A program made the position numbers and the translations under genes. From an uncultured Oscillospiraceae bacterium (GTDB taxonomy: Bacteria; Bacillota; Clostridia; Christensenellales; Aristaeellaceae), in assembly GCA_964600995.1 (NCBI GenBank), contig CAZRLU010000001.1, forward strand, positions 6,745 through 61,195: 54,451 bases of DNA, read 5' to 3'. Numbering within the stretch: position 1 is the stretch's first letter; each line of letters begins with the position of its first letter. This document shows positions 45,850 through 54,451 of the stretch, in pieces. The notes beneath the pieces were generated by a model. That model saw only the letters and a list, made by a program, of their open reading frames with translations. It was not told where the DNA came from and did no database searches.

Positions 45850-47217
45850 TTGGCGGTCAGAGTTCTTTCCGTTGTAAAAGGCTCCGTCTCTGAAAGAGCC
45901 GGCTTCCGCGGAGGGGATCTTCTCCTCCGGATCAACGGAGAAGAAATCCTGGATGAAATTGACTATCAGTCCCTTTCCGCCTCCCCCCGACTGCACATAG
46001 ATTTTCAGAGAGCGGGCGGGCCCGCGCAGAGTATTCTTCTGCATAAACGGAGGGAGGCTCCCCTGGGCCTTTGCCTTGATGAGCGGATCAACATGCAGCC
46101 CAGGGTTTGCAGGAATCACTGTATTTTTTGTTTTGTGGATCAGATGCCCTCGGGGATGAGATCCACGCTGTATGTAAAGGATGATGATTGGCGGCTGAGC
46201 CTGATGATGGGGAATTTTGTGACGCTGACCAATGTCGACGATCAGGAATTCAGCCGGATTATACGGAGGAAGGCCTCCCCTCTCTATATCTCCGTCCATG
46301 CAACGGATCCGGATACCAGGATCAGGATGCTGAGAAATCCAAGGGCAGGTTTGATTATGGATCAGCTCAGGGCTTTCCGGGATGCCGGAATTCAATTTCA
46401 TTCGCAGGTCGTATTGTGCCCCGGGGTGAATGACGGAGCGATCCTGCATCAGACCATTGTGGATCTGGCAAACCTGTATCCGGCTTCGAGAAGCCTCGCC
46501 ATTGTGCCGATCGGGTTAACCCGCTTCCGGGAGCATCTGTATCCGCTGCGTCTGTTCCGGAAGGAGGAAGCCCAGTCTCTGCTGAAGGACCTGGAGCTGA
46601 TCCGGAGTTACTATCTCAAAACCATCGGGACCAGATTTGTTTTCCCGGCCGATGAGTTCTACAGTATTGCAGGTTTGCCGGTCCCTTCAGAGGAAAGCTA
46701 TGAGGGCTATCCCCAGATTGAAAACGGAATCGGGATGCTGCGTCAGCTTGAGCAGGAATGTGACGAGGCCTGGCCGGGTTTCACTGCCCGGATCAGGAGT
46801 GAATCATCCGATGCATCCGCCGGTCCGGAAGGAAACATCTTCCGCGAAAGTCCGGGGGGGATTCCGGAAACGATGATCGCGACAGGTGTTTCCGCGGCTC
46901 CCTATATTCAGCGGCTGGTGGATCGGTTTGCTCCGCCGGACCGGATCATTCGGGTGGTTCCGGTTGAGAATCATTTTTTCGGCCCTTCCGTCACCGTAAC
47001 AGGTCTGATAACCGGCGGGGATCTTATTTCCGCGATCCGGGGAAAAGGGGAATCGATTCCTGCAAGGGTGCTGATTTCCCGCAGCATGCTCAGGGAAAAT
47101 GAAGAATTATTTCTCGATGACCTGTCTGTGAAGGAGATAGAAACACAAACAGGAACACGGATCAGGGTCGTCCGTAACACGGGAGAAGACTTTCTGAATG
47201 CTTTATGGGAGCGCTGA
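45850..47217 (+). CDS. PDZ-containing DUF512 putative radical SAM/Fe-S protein
   Basis: N-terminal PDZ-like GDLLLRING, CRNHCIFC, LYVKDDDWRLS, YPQIENGIG, VTVTGLITG. TTG start. Confidence 0.85.
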   Translation: MAVRVLSVVKGSVSERAGFRGGDLLLRINGEEILDEIDYQSLSASPRLHIDFQRAGGPAQSILLHKRREAPLGLCLDERINMQPRVCRNHCIFCFVDQMPSGMRSTLYVKDDDWRLSLMMGNFVTLTNVDDQEFSRIIRRKASPLYISVHATDPDTRIRMLRNPRAGLIMDQLRAFRDAGIQFHSQVVLCPGVNDGAILHQTIVDLANLYPASRSLAIVPIGLTRFREHLYPLRLFRKEEAQSLLKDLELIRSYYLKTIGTRFVFPADEFYSIAGLPVPSEESYEGYPQIENGIGMLRQLEQECDEAWPGFTARIRSESSDASAGPEGNIFRESPGGIPETMIATGVSAAPYIQRLVDRFAPPDRIIRVVPVENHFFGPSVTVTGLITGGDLISAIRGKGESIPARVLISRSMLRENEELFLDDLSVKEIETQTGTRIRVVRNTGEDFLNALWER

Positions 47218-47266
47218 TGCGATCCTCTCAGGCAGCTTTTATACCCGGCAGCGAAGGAGGAAAATC

Positions 47267-48601
47267 ATGGCAAAGCCGTTGGTTGCAATTGTGGGAAGGC
47301 CGAATGTCGGCAAGTCAACTTTTTTCAATAAAATGGCAGGACACCGGATCAGCATCGTGGACGATCTGCCGGGAGTGACCCGCGACAGAATATACGCTGA
47401 CGTGGAATGGCTTGGAAAAAGCATTACCCTGATCGATACAGGCGGCATTGATCCGCGCAGCGAGGATGAACTGTTTTCACAAATGAAGGAACAGGCTGAA
47501 ATCGCAATAGATACCGCAGACCTGATCTGCTTTTTCACGGACGGGAGAGATGGTCTGACGGATGATGACCGTGAGGTTGCTGCTCTTCTACGGCGTACGC
47601 AGAAGCCGGTCATCCTGGTCATCAATAAAATTGACTATCCGGGAATGAAGGATCATATCTACGAATTCTATGAACTTGGATTTGGGGATCCGGTCGGAAT
47701 CAGCAGTGCCAATATGCTTGGTTTCGGTGATCTGCTGGATGAAATTTTCAGAAAACTTCCGGAGCAGCCTCCGGCGGAGGAGAACCCGGAACATATCCTT
47801 CAGCTTGCCATCGTAGGCAGGCCGAATGTCGGGAAAAGCTCCCTGGCGAACAGGCTTCTCGGAGAAAAGCGCACGATGGTTTCCGATATTGCCGGGACAA
47901 CCAGAGACGCGGTCGATTCCAGATATGTGGCTCCGGACGGGTCCGTTCTGAATATCATTGACACGGCCGGAATCCGTAGAAAACGTTCCGTGGAGGACGA
48001 AACGCTTGAAAGATACAGCGTCCTGCGGTCCATTGCGGCCATCAAAAGATGCGATGTTGCCCTGCTGCTGATAGATGCGCAGGAAGGCGTAACCGAACAG
48101 GATACAAAAATCGCCGGCCTGATTCACGATGAAGGGAAAGCCTCTGTGATCCTTGTCAACAAATGGGATCTGGTGGAGAAAGAAACGGGAACCTTTGAGA
48201 AAACCAAGAAAAAAATTCTCGATTCCCTGAAATTTCTGGATTACTCTCCCGTACTGTTTGTTTCAGCTCTGACGGGACAACGGGTGCAGAATGTGATTTC
48301 GGAAGTACAAAAGGCCTATGCTGCCGCATGCCGGAGGATTACCACAGGCCTTCTGAACGATGTCATCAACGAGGCTGTGAATGCGCTGGCGCCGCCGCTT
48401 CGGGGCGGACGCCGTCTGAAGATTTATTATGCCACACAGCAGAGTGTAACCCCGCCAACCTTCCTGCTGTTTGTCAATGATGAGAAACTGATGTTTTTTG
48501 CCTATGAGCGGTATCTGGAGAACTATTTCCGCAAAACATTCGACTTTTCAGGAACGCCGATTCGTTTTCAGCTTCGGCCCAAAAAGAAGGAGGACAGCTG
48601 A
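47267..48601 (+). CDS. der: Ribosome biogenesis GTPase Der (EngA)
   Basis: Two GRPNVGKS GTPase domains and a KH-like C-terminus (GTPIRF). Confidence 0.97.
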   Translation: MAKPLVAIVGRPNVGKSTFFNKMAGHRISIVDDLPGVTRDRIYADVEWLGKSITLIDTGGIDPRSEDELFSQMKEQAEIAIDTADLICFFTDGRDGLTDDDREVAALLRRTQKPVILVINKIDYPGMKDHIYEFYELGFGDPVGISSANMLGFGDLLDEIFRKLPEQPPAEENPEHILQLAIVGRPNVGKSSLANRLLGEKRTMVSDIAGTTRDAVDSRYVAPDGSVLNIIDTAGIRRKRSVEDETLERYSVLRSIAAIKRCDVALLLIDAQEGVTEQDTKIAGLIHDEGKASVILVNKWDLVEKETGTFEKTKKKILDSLKFLDYSPVLFVSALTGQRVQNVISEVQKAYAAACRRITTGLLNDVINEAVNALAPPLRGGRRLKIYYATQQSVTPPTFLLFVNDEKLMFFAYERYLENYFRKTFDFSGTPIRFQLRPKKKEDS

Positions 48602-48603
48602 AC

Positions 48604-49215
48604 ATGCCTGCTTTTCTTTCATGGTTTTTTGCCTGCCTGCTTGCATACTGCCTTGGTTCAATATCTACCGGGATTCTGGTTTCCAGGTGTCTGCACGGTC
48701 CGGATCTGAGGACGGTCGGCAGCAATAATACGGGCGCAACCAATGTCCAAAGGACGATGGGCTGGGGGCCGGGGCTGATCACTTTTGCCGGAGACTCCCT
48801 GAAAGCGGTGCTGGCCTGCTGGCTCGGGCAGATGATAACCGGCAGTCATTTGGGAGCCCTTTTGTGTGGTTTGTTCGTTGTGATTGGTCACAACTGGCCG
48901 GTGTTTTTTCAGTTCAAGGGTGGCAAAGGGGTTGCGAGCAGCTGCGGAGTGATGCTCTACTGCTTCCCGGTTCCGGCGCTGATCTGTTTTCTGCTCGGAT
49001 TTCTGGTCATTGCTGTTACCAGGTACGTTTCCCTTGGAAGCCTTACGCTGCTGTTCGTTTATGCCATCATCGTCTCCTTCTTCTGTGCAAAAGGAGATCT
49101 TTGGATTATACTCTGGTCTGTTTTGCTTGCTTTACTTTGTTTTCTGCGGCATCGCGCAAATATAGACCGGCTTCTGCATGGGAAAGAGCGGAAACTGGGA
49201 CAGAAAGTAAGTTAA
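48604..49215 (+). CDS. plsY: Glycerol-3-phosphate acyltransferase PlsY
   Basis: YCLGSI, GSNNTGATN, GHNWPVF.FKGGKGVA, RHRANI.RL. Confidence 0.95.
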   Translation: MPAFLSWFFACLLAYCLGSISTGILVSRCLHGPDLRTVGSNNTGATNVQRTMGWGPGLITFAGDSLKAVLACWLGQMITGSHLGALLCGLFVVIGHNWPVFFQFKGGKGVASSCGVMLYCFPVPALICFLLGFLVIAVTRYVSLGSLTLLFVYAIIVSFFCAKGDLWIILWSVLLALLCFLRHRANIDRLLHGKERKLGQKVS

Positions 49216-49277
49216 ATCATTGACGGGAATTCTTAAAAAGCAAGTCCGTCCATCCGGGGAAAGGAAACATATTCGCC

Positions 49278-51077
49278 ATGCCAGATATTAATCACGTTCG
49301 CAATTTTTGTATCATCGCGCATATTGACCATGGAAAAAGCACGCTGGCTGACCGGATTCTTGAGCAAACGGGCGTGTTTGAGCAAAGGGAGATGGTGGAA
49401 CAGATCCTTGACAGCATGGAGCTTGAAAAGGAACGCGGAATCACCATCAAAAGCAAAGCGGTTCATATGCAATACAAGGCAAGCGACGGAGAAGTCTATA
49501 CGCTGAACCTGATTGATACTCCCGGACATGTGGATTTTACATATGAGGTTTCACGGGCTCTTGCAGCGTGCGAAGGTGCCCTGCTTGTGGTGGATGCGAC
49601 ACAGGGGATCGAGGCGCAGACACTGGCCAACGTTTATCTTGCGCTGGATCACAACCTGGAGATTATTCCCGTGATCAATAAAATTGATCTGCCCTCCGCA
49701 AGGCCGGAGGAAGTCCGGCAGGAAATTGAAGATATCATCGGCCTTGATGCAAGCTATGCCCCATGTATCTCAGCCAAAACCGGACAAAATATCGATCAGG
49801 TGCTTGAAGCAATTGTCCGGTATATTCCCGCACCGCAGGGCGACAGCTCAAAGCCTCTGAAAGCCCTGATTTTTGACGCCTTCTATGATAATTACCGCGG
49901 TGCGATCTGCTTTGTCCGCGTAAAGGAAGGGACCATCCGTCCGGGAATGAAAATGAAACTGATGGCAACGTCCAGCGAATTTGACGTTGTGGAAGTCGGG
50001 ATCTTTTCCCCCGGATACACGCCGTGCAAAATGCTGCAGGCGGGCGATGTCGGTTATGTATCCGCCTCCATCAAAACCGTCAGCGATACCAGAGTCGGCG
50101 ATACCATCACGGACGCGTCAAATCCTGCCACGGAGCCGCTCCCGGGCTATCGTGAAGTCACGCCCATGGTGTTTTGCGGGATTTATCCGGCAGACGGCGC
50201 TGATTATCCCGTGCTGAAGGATTCACTGGAGAAGCTCCGGATGAACGATGCTTCCCTCTCCTTTGAGCCGGAGACCTCCGTAGCCCTGGGATATGGATTC
50301 CGGTGCGGATTCCTGGGCCTGCTGCACATGGATATTCTGACCACGCGGCTGGAAAGAGAATTTGACCTGAATATCGTTACGACAGCTCCGAGCGTCATCT
50401 ACCGGGTGAATAAAACCAACGGGGACGTGCTGACCATTGACAATCCTTCCAACCTTCCGCCGGTTACGGAGATCGTCAGCATTGAGGAGCCTTTTGTTCA
50501 TGCGACCCTTTACACGCCCCAGGATGCCGTAGGGCCGCTCATGGATCTTTGCCAGGATAAGAGAGGAATCTTCCTGGACATGCAGTATGAAGGAAACCGG
50601 ATCAAGCTGAACTATGAACTGCCTCTGAATGAAATTATTTTTGATTTCTTTGATCAGGTTAAAAGCAGGAGCCGGGGCTATGCATCCTTTGACTATGAAC
50701 TGAAGGATTACAGAGCCAGCGATCTTGTCAAACTGGACATTCTCCTGAATGGGGAGCTCTGCGATGCCTTCTCCATTATCGTTCATCGTGAAAAAGCCTA
50801 TGCAAAAGGAAGAAGCATGGCGGAAAAACTGAAGGATGTTATTCCGCGACAGCAATTTGAGATCCCGATTCAGGCCGCCATCGGCGGAAAGGTCATCGCC
50901 AGGGAAACAGTCAAAGCCATGAGAAAGGATGTTCTGGCCAAATGTTACGGAGGCGATATCACAAGAAAGAAAAAGCTGTTGGAAAAGCAAAAGGAAGGAA
51001 AGAAGCGGATGCGCCAGTTCGGAACGGTTCAGGTCCCGAGCGAGGCTTTTATCTCAGTGCTGAAAATGGATTCCTGA
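49278..51077 (+). CDS. lepA: Translation elongation factor 4
   Basis: [39 protein letters not shown]. Confidence 0.98.
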   Translation: MPDINHVRNFCIIAHIDHGKSTLADRILEQTGVFEQREMVEQILDSMELEKERGITIKSKAVHMQYKASDGEVYTLNLIDTPGHVDFTYEVSRALAACEGALLVVDATQGIEAQTLANVYLALDHNLEIIPVINKIDLPSARPEEVRQEIEDIIGLDASYAPCISAKTGQNIDQVLEAIVRYIPAPQGDSSKPLKALIFDAFYDNYRGAICFVRVKEGTIRPGMKMKLMATSSEFDVVEVGIFSPGYTPCKMLQAGDVGYVSASIKTVSDTRVGDTITDASNPATEPLPGYREVTPMVFCGIYPADGADYPVLKDSLEKLRMNDASLSFEPETSVALGYGFRCGFLGLLHMDILTTRLEREFDLNIVTTAPSVIYRVNKTNGDVLTIDNPSNLPPVTEIVSIEEPFVHATLYTPQDAVGPLMDLCQDKRGIFLDMQYEGNRIKLNYELPLNEIIFDFFDQVKSRSRGYASFDYELKDYRASDLVKLDILLNGELCDAFSIIVHREKAYAKGRSMAEKLKDVIPRQQFEIPIQAAIGGKVIARETVKAMRKDVLAKCYGGDITRKKKLLEKQKEGKKRMRQFGTVQVPSEAFISVLKMDS

Positions 51078-51595
51078 AGGCTTCTTCCCGTTATCTGCTG
51101 AAGGAAACCGCGGTTTCCTTTGACGCCTCCCGAAGCTTATGCTTTACCGGCCACAGGGTGCTTTCCACGACAGAGGCCCAAAGTCTCCGGGAAAGACTTC
51201 CGGTGATCCTGGAGGATTTCTACCAGGAAGGGAAAAGCGTTTTTCTTTCCGGCGGAGCCCTGGGGTTTGATACGCTTGCGGCGCTGGCCGTGCTGCAGAT
51301 GAGAAAAAAACATCCGGATATCCGTCTGATTCTTGCGCTGCCCTGCCTGAGTCAGGCGGACCGTTGGTCCGAGAAGGACAGAACGCTTTACATGCGCATC
51401 AAGGAATCCGCCGATTCCTTTTTCTATATTTCAGATTCATACTATCCGGGATGCATGCAGAAAAGGAACCGTTTTCTGGTGGAAAGCGCCGATACCTGCC
51501 TTTGCTATATGAAACAGTGCCGGGGCGGGACCTGGAATACGGTCAGCTATGCATATGATCTGCACCGGACCATTATTAATCTTGCTTCCCCCTGA
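51074..51595 (+). CDS. SLOG superfamily (DUF1273/YspA-like) protein, start uncertain
   Basis: [36 protein letters not shown]. No ATG/GTG/TTG near the expected start, so the CTG overlapping the lepA stop was used. Confidence 0.75.
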   Translation: MKASSRYLLKETAVSFDASRSLCFTGHRVLSTTEAQSLRERLPVILEDFYQEGKSVFLSGGALGFDTLAALAVLQMRKKHPDIRLILALPCLSQADRWSEKDRTLYMRIKESADSFFYISDSYYPGCMQKRNRFLVESADTCLCYMKQCRGGTWNTVSYAYDLHRTIINLASP

Positions 51596-51648
51596 GCCGG
51601 AGAAACAGGTTGCATGCTCCCCGGCTTATCCATCCTTTGGAGGGAAAA

Positions 51649-52806
51649 ATGGAACTGTATGTGCATATCCCCTTCTGCAGGAAAAAGTGCAAATACTGTG
51701 ATTTTATCTCTTATCCAGGCCGGAGCGAAGAGGATATAAAGATCTATGTGGACGCGTTGCTTCGGGAAGCGGAAATTCTTTCGAAAGAAGTGAATGAAGC
51801 CTTTGATACCGTTTTTATCGGCGGAGGTACGCCTTCCCTGCTGCCGCCGGATCAGCTGCGGCGGCTGTTTTCCGGTTTGTCCGGGATCCTTCCCCTGGGC
51901 TGTGTCCGGGAATGGACGGTGGAGGCGAACCCGGAGTCCTGCTCCAAAGCCTGGCTGGATGCAGCTATTGCAGAAGGCGCAAACAGGCTGTCCATGGGTA
52001 TGCAGGCCAGTCAATCCGCTTTGCTTTCAACGCTTGGAAGGATTCATAGTTTCGATCAGGTTAGTCAAAGTGTGGAATATGCCAGGGCTGCAGGATTCAA
52101 AAATCTGAATCTTGATCTGATGTTTGGGCTTCCGAATCAAACCCCGGAAGCATGGATGGAAACCTTGCGTGCCGCTTTGGATCTGAAACCGGATCATTTC
52201 AGTGTATATGGCCTGATTCTTGAAGAAGGCACGATGCTTGAAAAAGAAGTCAAATCCGGAATCCTTTCCCTTCCTGCGGAGGATGTGGAGCGCCTGATGT
52301 ATGATGAAGCATTGAATCTTCTGGGTCAGCACGGTTATGTGCAATATGAGATATCGAATTTTGCAAGGGAAGGATATGCGTGCGCGCATAATATCGGGTA
52401 CTGGACCCAGGTACCTTATCTGGGCCTTGGTGTTGCCTCCGCTTCCATGCTTCACCTGCGAAAGGATGCCGGGGGGCTGAGCTATCTCCGGAGAACGGCC
52501 GCAAAAGATCTTGAAACTTATCTTTCCGGCATTTCAGCCGGTTATCCGCTCTTTTCCGAGGAAAACTGGATTTCTCCTTCAGAATCCCGCTTTGAAACCA
52601 TGATGCTAGGTTTGCGAATGACAGAGGGGGTTTCTGAGGATGCTTTTCTGAAGCTGCATGGGAAAACCCTGGAATCCTGTTACGGAGAAAAATTATCAGG
52701 ACTCATGGACCGCGGTCTTCTCCGGAAGGATGGTGCTTCCTGGAAACTGACGCGACGTGGAATGGATATCCAGAACATGGTTCTGGTGGAACTGATGGAC
52801 GACTGA
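51649..52806 (+). CDS. hemW: Radical SAM heme chaperone HemW (HemN-like)
   Basis: LYVHIPFCRKKCKYCDF, GGGTPS, YEISNFA, HNIGYW. Lies downstream of lepA. Confidence 0.92.
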   Translation: MELYVHIPFCRKKCKYCDFISYPGRSEEDIKIYVDALLREAEILSKEVNEAFDTVFIGGGTPSLLPPDQLRRLFSGLSGILPLGCVREWTVEANPESCSKAWLDAAIAEGANRLSMGMQASQSALLSTLGRIHSFDQVSQSVEYARAAGFKNLNLDLMFGLPNQTPEAWMETLRAALDLKPDHFSVYGLILEEGTMLEKEVKSGILSLPAEDVERLMYDEALNLLGQHGYVQYEISNFAREGYACAHNIGYWTQVPYLGLGVASASMLHLRKDAGGLSYLRRTAAKDLETYLSGISAGYPLFSEENWISPSESRFETMMLGLRMTEGVSEDAFLKLHGKTLESCYGEKLSGLMDRGLLRKDGASWKLTRRGMDIQNMVLVELMDD

Positions 52807-52838
52807 ATGCAGCTCCTGTGAGGGTGATCTCTTACTCC

Positions 52839-54449
52839 TTAATTGATTCCGACCTGAAGAGGATGATCCTGAAAAAAAGCTTTGGTCAGGTTTTCAACCT
52901 GCTCGCGTTCCTGATCCAGCGCAGGGTTCTCCGCCAGCTCCCGTGAGCATTGCAACGCTTCGTTCAGCAGCTCCAGATTCTTCAGTCCCACCATTTGGGA
53001 TCCGGGTTCTCCGCTCTGCCGGGTGCCCAGAAGATCTCCCGGCCCCCGCTGCTCGAGGTCTTTTTGAGCGACTTCAAACCCGTCGTTAGTTTCGCATAGG
53101 ATTTTTAGTTTATCAGGGAATTCGGTGCAGAGAAAACACCAGCTTTCCTTGTCTCCTCTGCCGACACGTCCCCGAAGCTGATGCAGCTGGCTCAGACCGT
53201 ATCGTTCTGCGTTTTCAATAATCATAACGGTCGCATTGGGAACATTTACGCCGACCTCTATCACAGTCGTTGCAACCAGGACGTCAAGATTTCCCTCCGA
53301 GAAGTCTTTCATGGTTTCCAGCTTCTCTTCATTGCGCTGCATTCCCCAGGTTCTTCCAAGCCGGAGGCCTTTCAGCGCTCCGGAACTCAATTCAGAGTAC
53401 AGCGTCTGCGCATCACGGATATTATCCAGAGATTCGCTTTCATTGGCAAGCGGACAGACAACATACCCCTGTTCCCCCTGGAGACACAGGTTCTTTAAAA
53501 AAGCGTACATACCATCCCGCTTGGCTTCCGGGACAATGCGTGTCTTCACGGTTTTTCTTCCGGGCGGGAGCTCGTCCACGAGACTCAGATCCAGATCTCC
53601 GTAAAGAATAAGGGCCAGTGTTCTCGGAATAGGCGTTGCGGACATAACCAGAACATGGGGAACACGTTTTTCTGTAAGTGCTTCCGCATGTTCTGGATCC
53701 ACTGCCGGGATGTTTTTCAGTGCCCCTTTATCCTGCAGTGCGGTACGCTGGCGAACTCCGAAACGATGCTGTTCGTCCGTAATGACCAGTCCAAGCTTCT
53801 TATAGTCCACGCCGCTGCTGATCAGCGCATGCGTTCCGAAGACGGCTTGGCATTCCCCGCTTTTGATTTCTTTCAGAATTTTCTTTCTGTCTGAGGCTTT
53901 TGTGTGCCCTGTGAGCAGGGCGCAGTGAATCCCGAAAGGCGCCAGGGTTGTCAAAGCATTCTGATAATGCTGCCGGGCAAGAATCTCTGTAGGAGCCATC
54001 ATTGCACATTGAAATCCGCTTCTGCAGGCAAGAAAGATCGCACCAAAGGCAATGGCTGTCTTTCCGCATCCGACATCGCCCTGGATTAAGCGCGCCATGG
54101 GCTGATTTTTTTTCATGTCCGAAGCAATCTCAAGCAAAACCCGCCGCTGAGCGTTTGTGGGAAGAAAATGCAGACTTTGCCAGTAATCATTCACATCTTC
54201 AGCCCGGAAATTCAGCATCCATCCGTCTTGAGGCCGGCTTCGGAACTGGGCAACGGCCGTCAGATAGATCAGCATTTTCTCAAAATCAAGCCGCCTTCTG
54301 GCTTTCCCGAGATTCCGGTCATTTCCGGGAAAATGAATCAGCTGAATAGCCTCTCCAAGGGGAATCAGATCATAACGTCTGCGAAGCGATTCCGGTAGCG
54401 TTTCCTGAATGATCTCATTCACATGCTCCAACTGATCACGGATCATTTC
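52839..54449 (-). CDS. recG: ATP-dependent DNA helicase RecG, 5' truncated by the window edge
   Basis: QGDVGCGKT, APTEILA, DEQHRFG, SATPIPR, QLRGRVGRG, TRG motif RGPGDLLG.RQSG. Confidence 0.96.
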   Translation of the reverse strand, partial: EMIRDQLEHVNEIIQETLPESLRRRYDLIPLGEAIQLIHFPGNDRNLGKARRRLDFEKMLIYLTAVAQFRSRPQDGWMLNFRAEDVNDYWQSLHFLPTNAQRRVLLEIASDMKKNQPMARLIQGDVGCGKTAIAFGAIFLACRSGFQCAMMAPTEILARQHYQNALTTLAPFGIHCALLTGHTKASDRKKILKEIKSGECQAVFGTHALISSGVDYKKLGLVITDEQHRFGVRQRTALQDKGALKNIPAVDPEHAEALTEKRVPHVLVMSATPIPRTLALILYGDLDLSLVDELPPGRKTVKTRIVPEAKRDGMYAFLKNLCLQGEQGYVVCPLANESESLDNIRDAQTLYSELSSGALKGLRLGRTWGMQRNEEKLETMKDFSEGNLDVLVATTVIEVGVNVPNATVMIIENAERYGLSQLHQLRGRVGRGDKESWCFLCTEFPDKLKILCETNDGFEVAQKDLEQRGPGDLLGTRQSGEPGSQMVGLKNLELLNEALQCSRELAENPALDQEREQVENLTKAFFQDHPLQVGIN

Positions 54450-54451
54450 CT

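Noticed and set aside
1-54451. CRISPR arrays, tRNA/rRNA genes, IS elements, defence systems
   Set aside because: No regularly spaced repeats, cloverleafs, transposases or defence-type genes were seen, and the intergenic spaces are short and mostly explained.

Overview
A gene-dense, mostly housekeeping chromosomal segment from a moderately GC-rich Firmicute. Gene content and order look like Clostridia, possibly a gut or rumen lineage (inference). There are about 41 CDS; the first (M18 aminopeptidase) and last (recG) are cut by the window edges. Recognisable blocks: a sugar kinase-HAD-hprK-ROK operon; dac-uppP; an orphan hybrid histidine kinase; ychF, rplS with an L19 leader, rbgA-rnhB-yraN-[tandem GT-C/PMT]-comM-dprA-topA-trmFO-hslVU-proC-rnhA; a XerS-like recombinase; phoH-pgpH-ybeY/cdd-era; a Leu T-box operon; a divergent mreB; radical SAM-der-plsY-lepA-SLOG-hemW; recG. 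I saw no rRNA, tRNA, CRISPR array, IS or prophage. The strongest candidate for a new system is a Leu(CUG) T-box operon. It pairs a catalytically dead LeuA pseudoenzyme that keeps its leucine-binding domain with a TIM-barrel/acyl-CoA synthetase fusion, and may be a leucine-sensing route for salvaging branched-chain acids. Second is a difSL/difH-like site overlapping the promoter of a lone XerS-like recombinase. Also notable: a ybeY-cdd fusion, a double GT-C (PMT) protein, and an MreB paralogue with degenerate ATPase motifs. All calls come from reading motifs by eye; no database searches were run.
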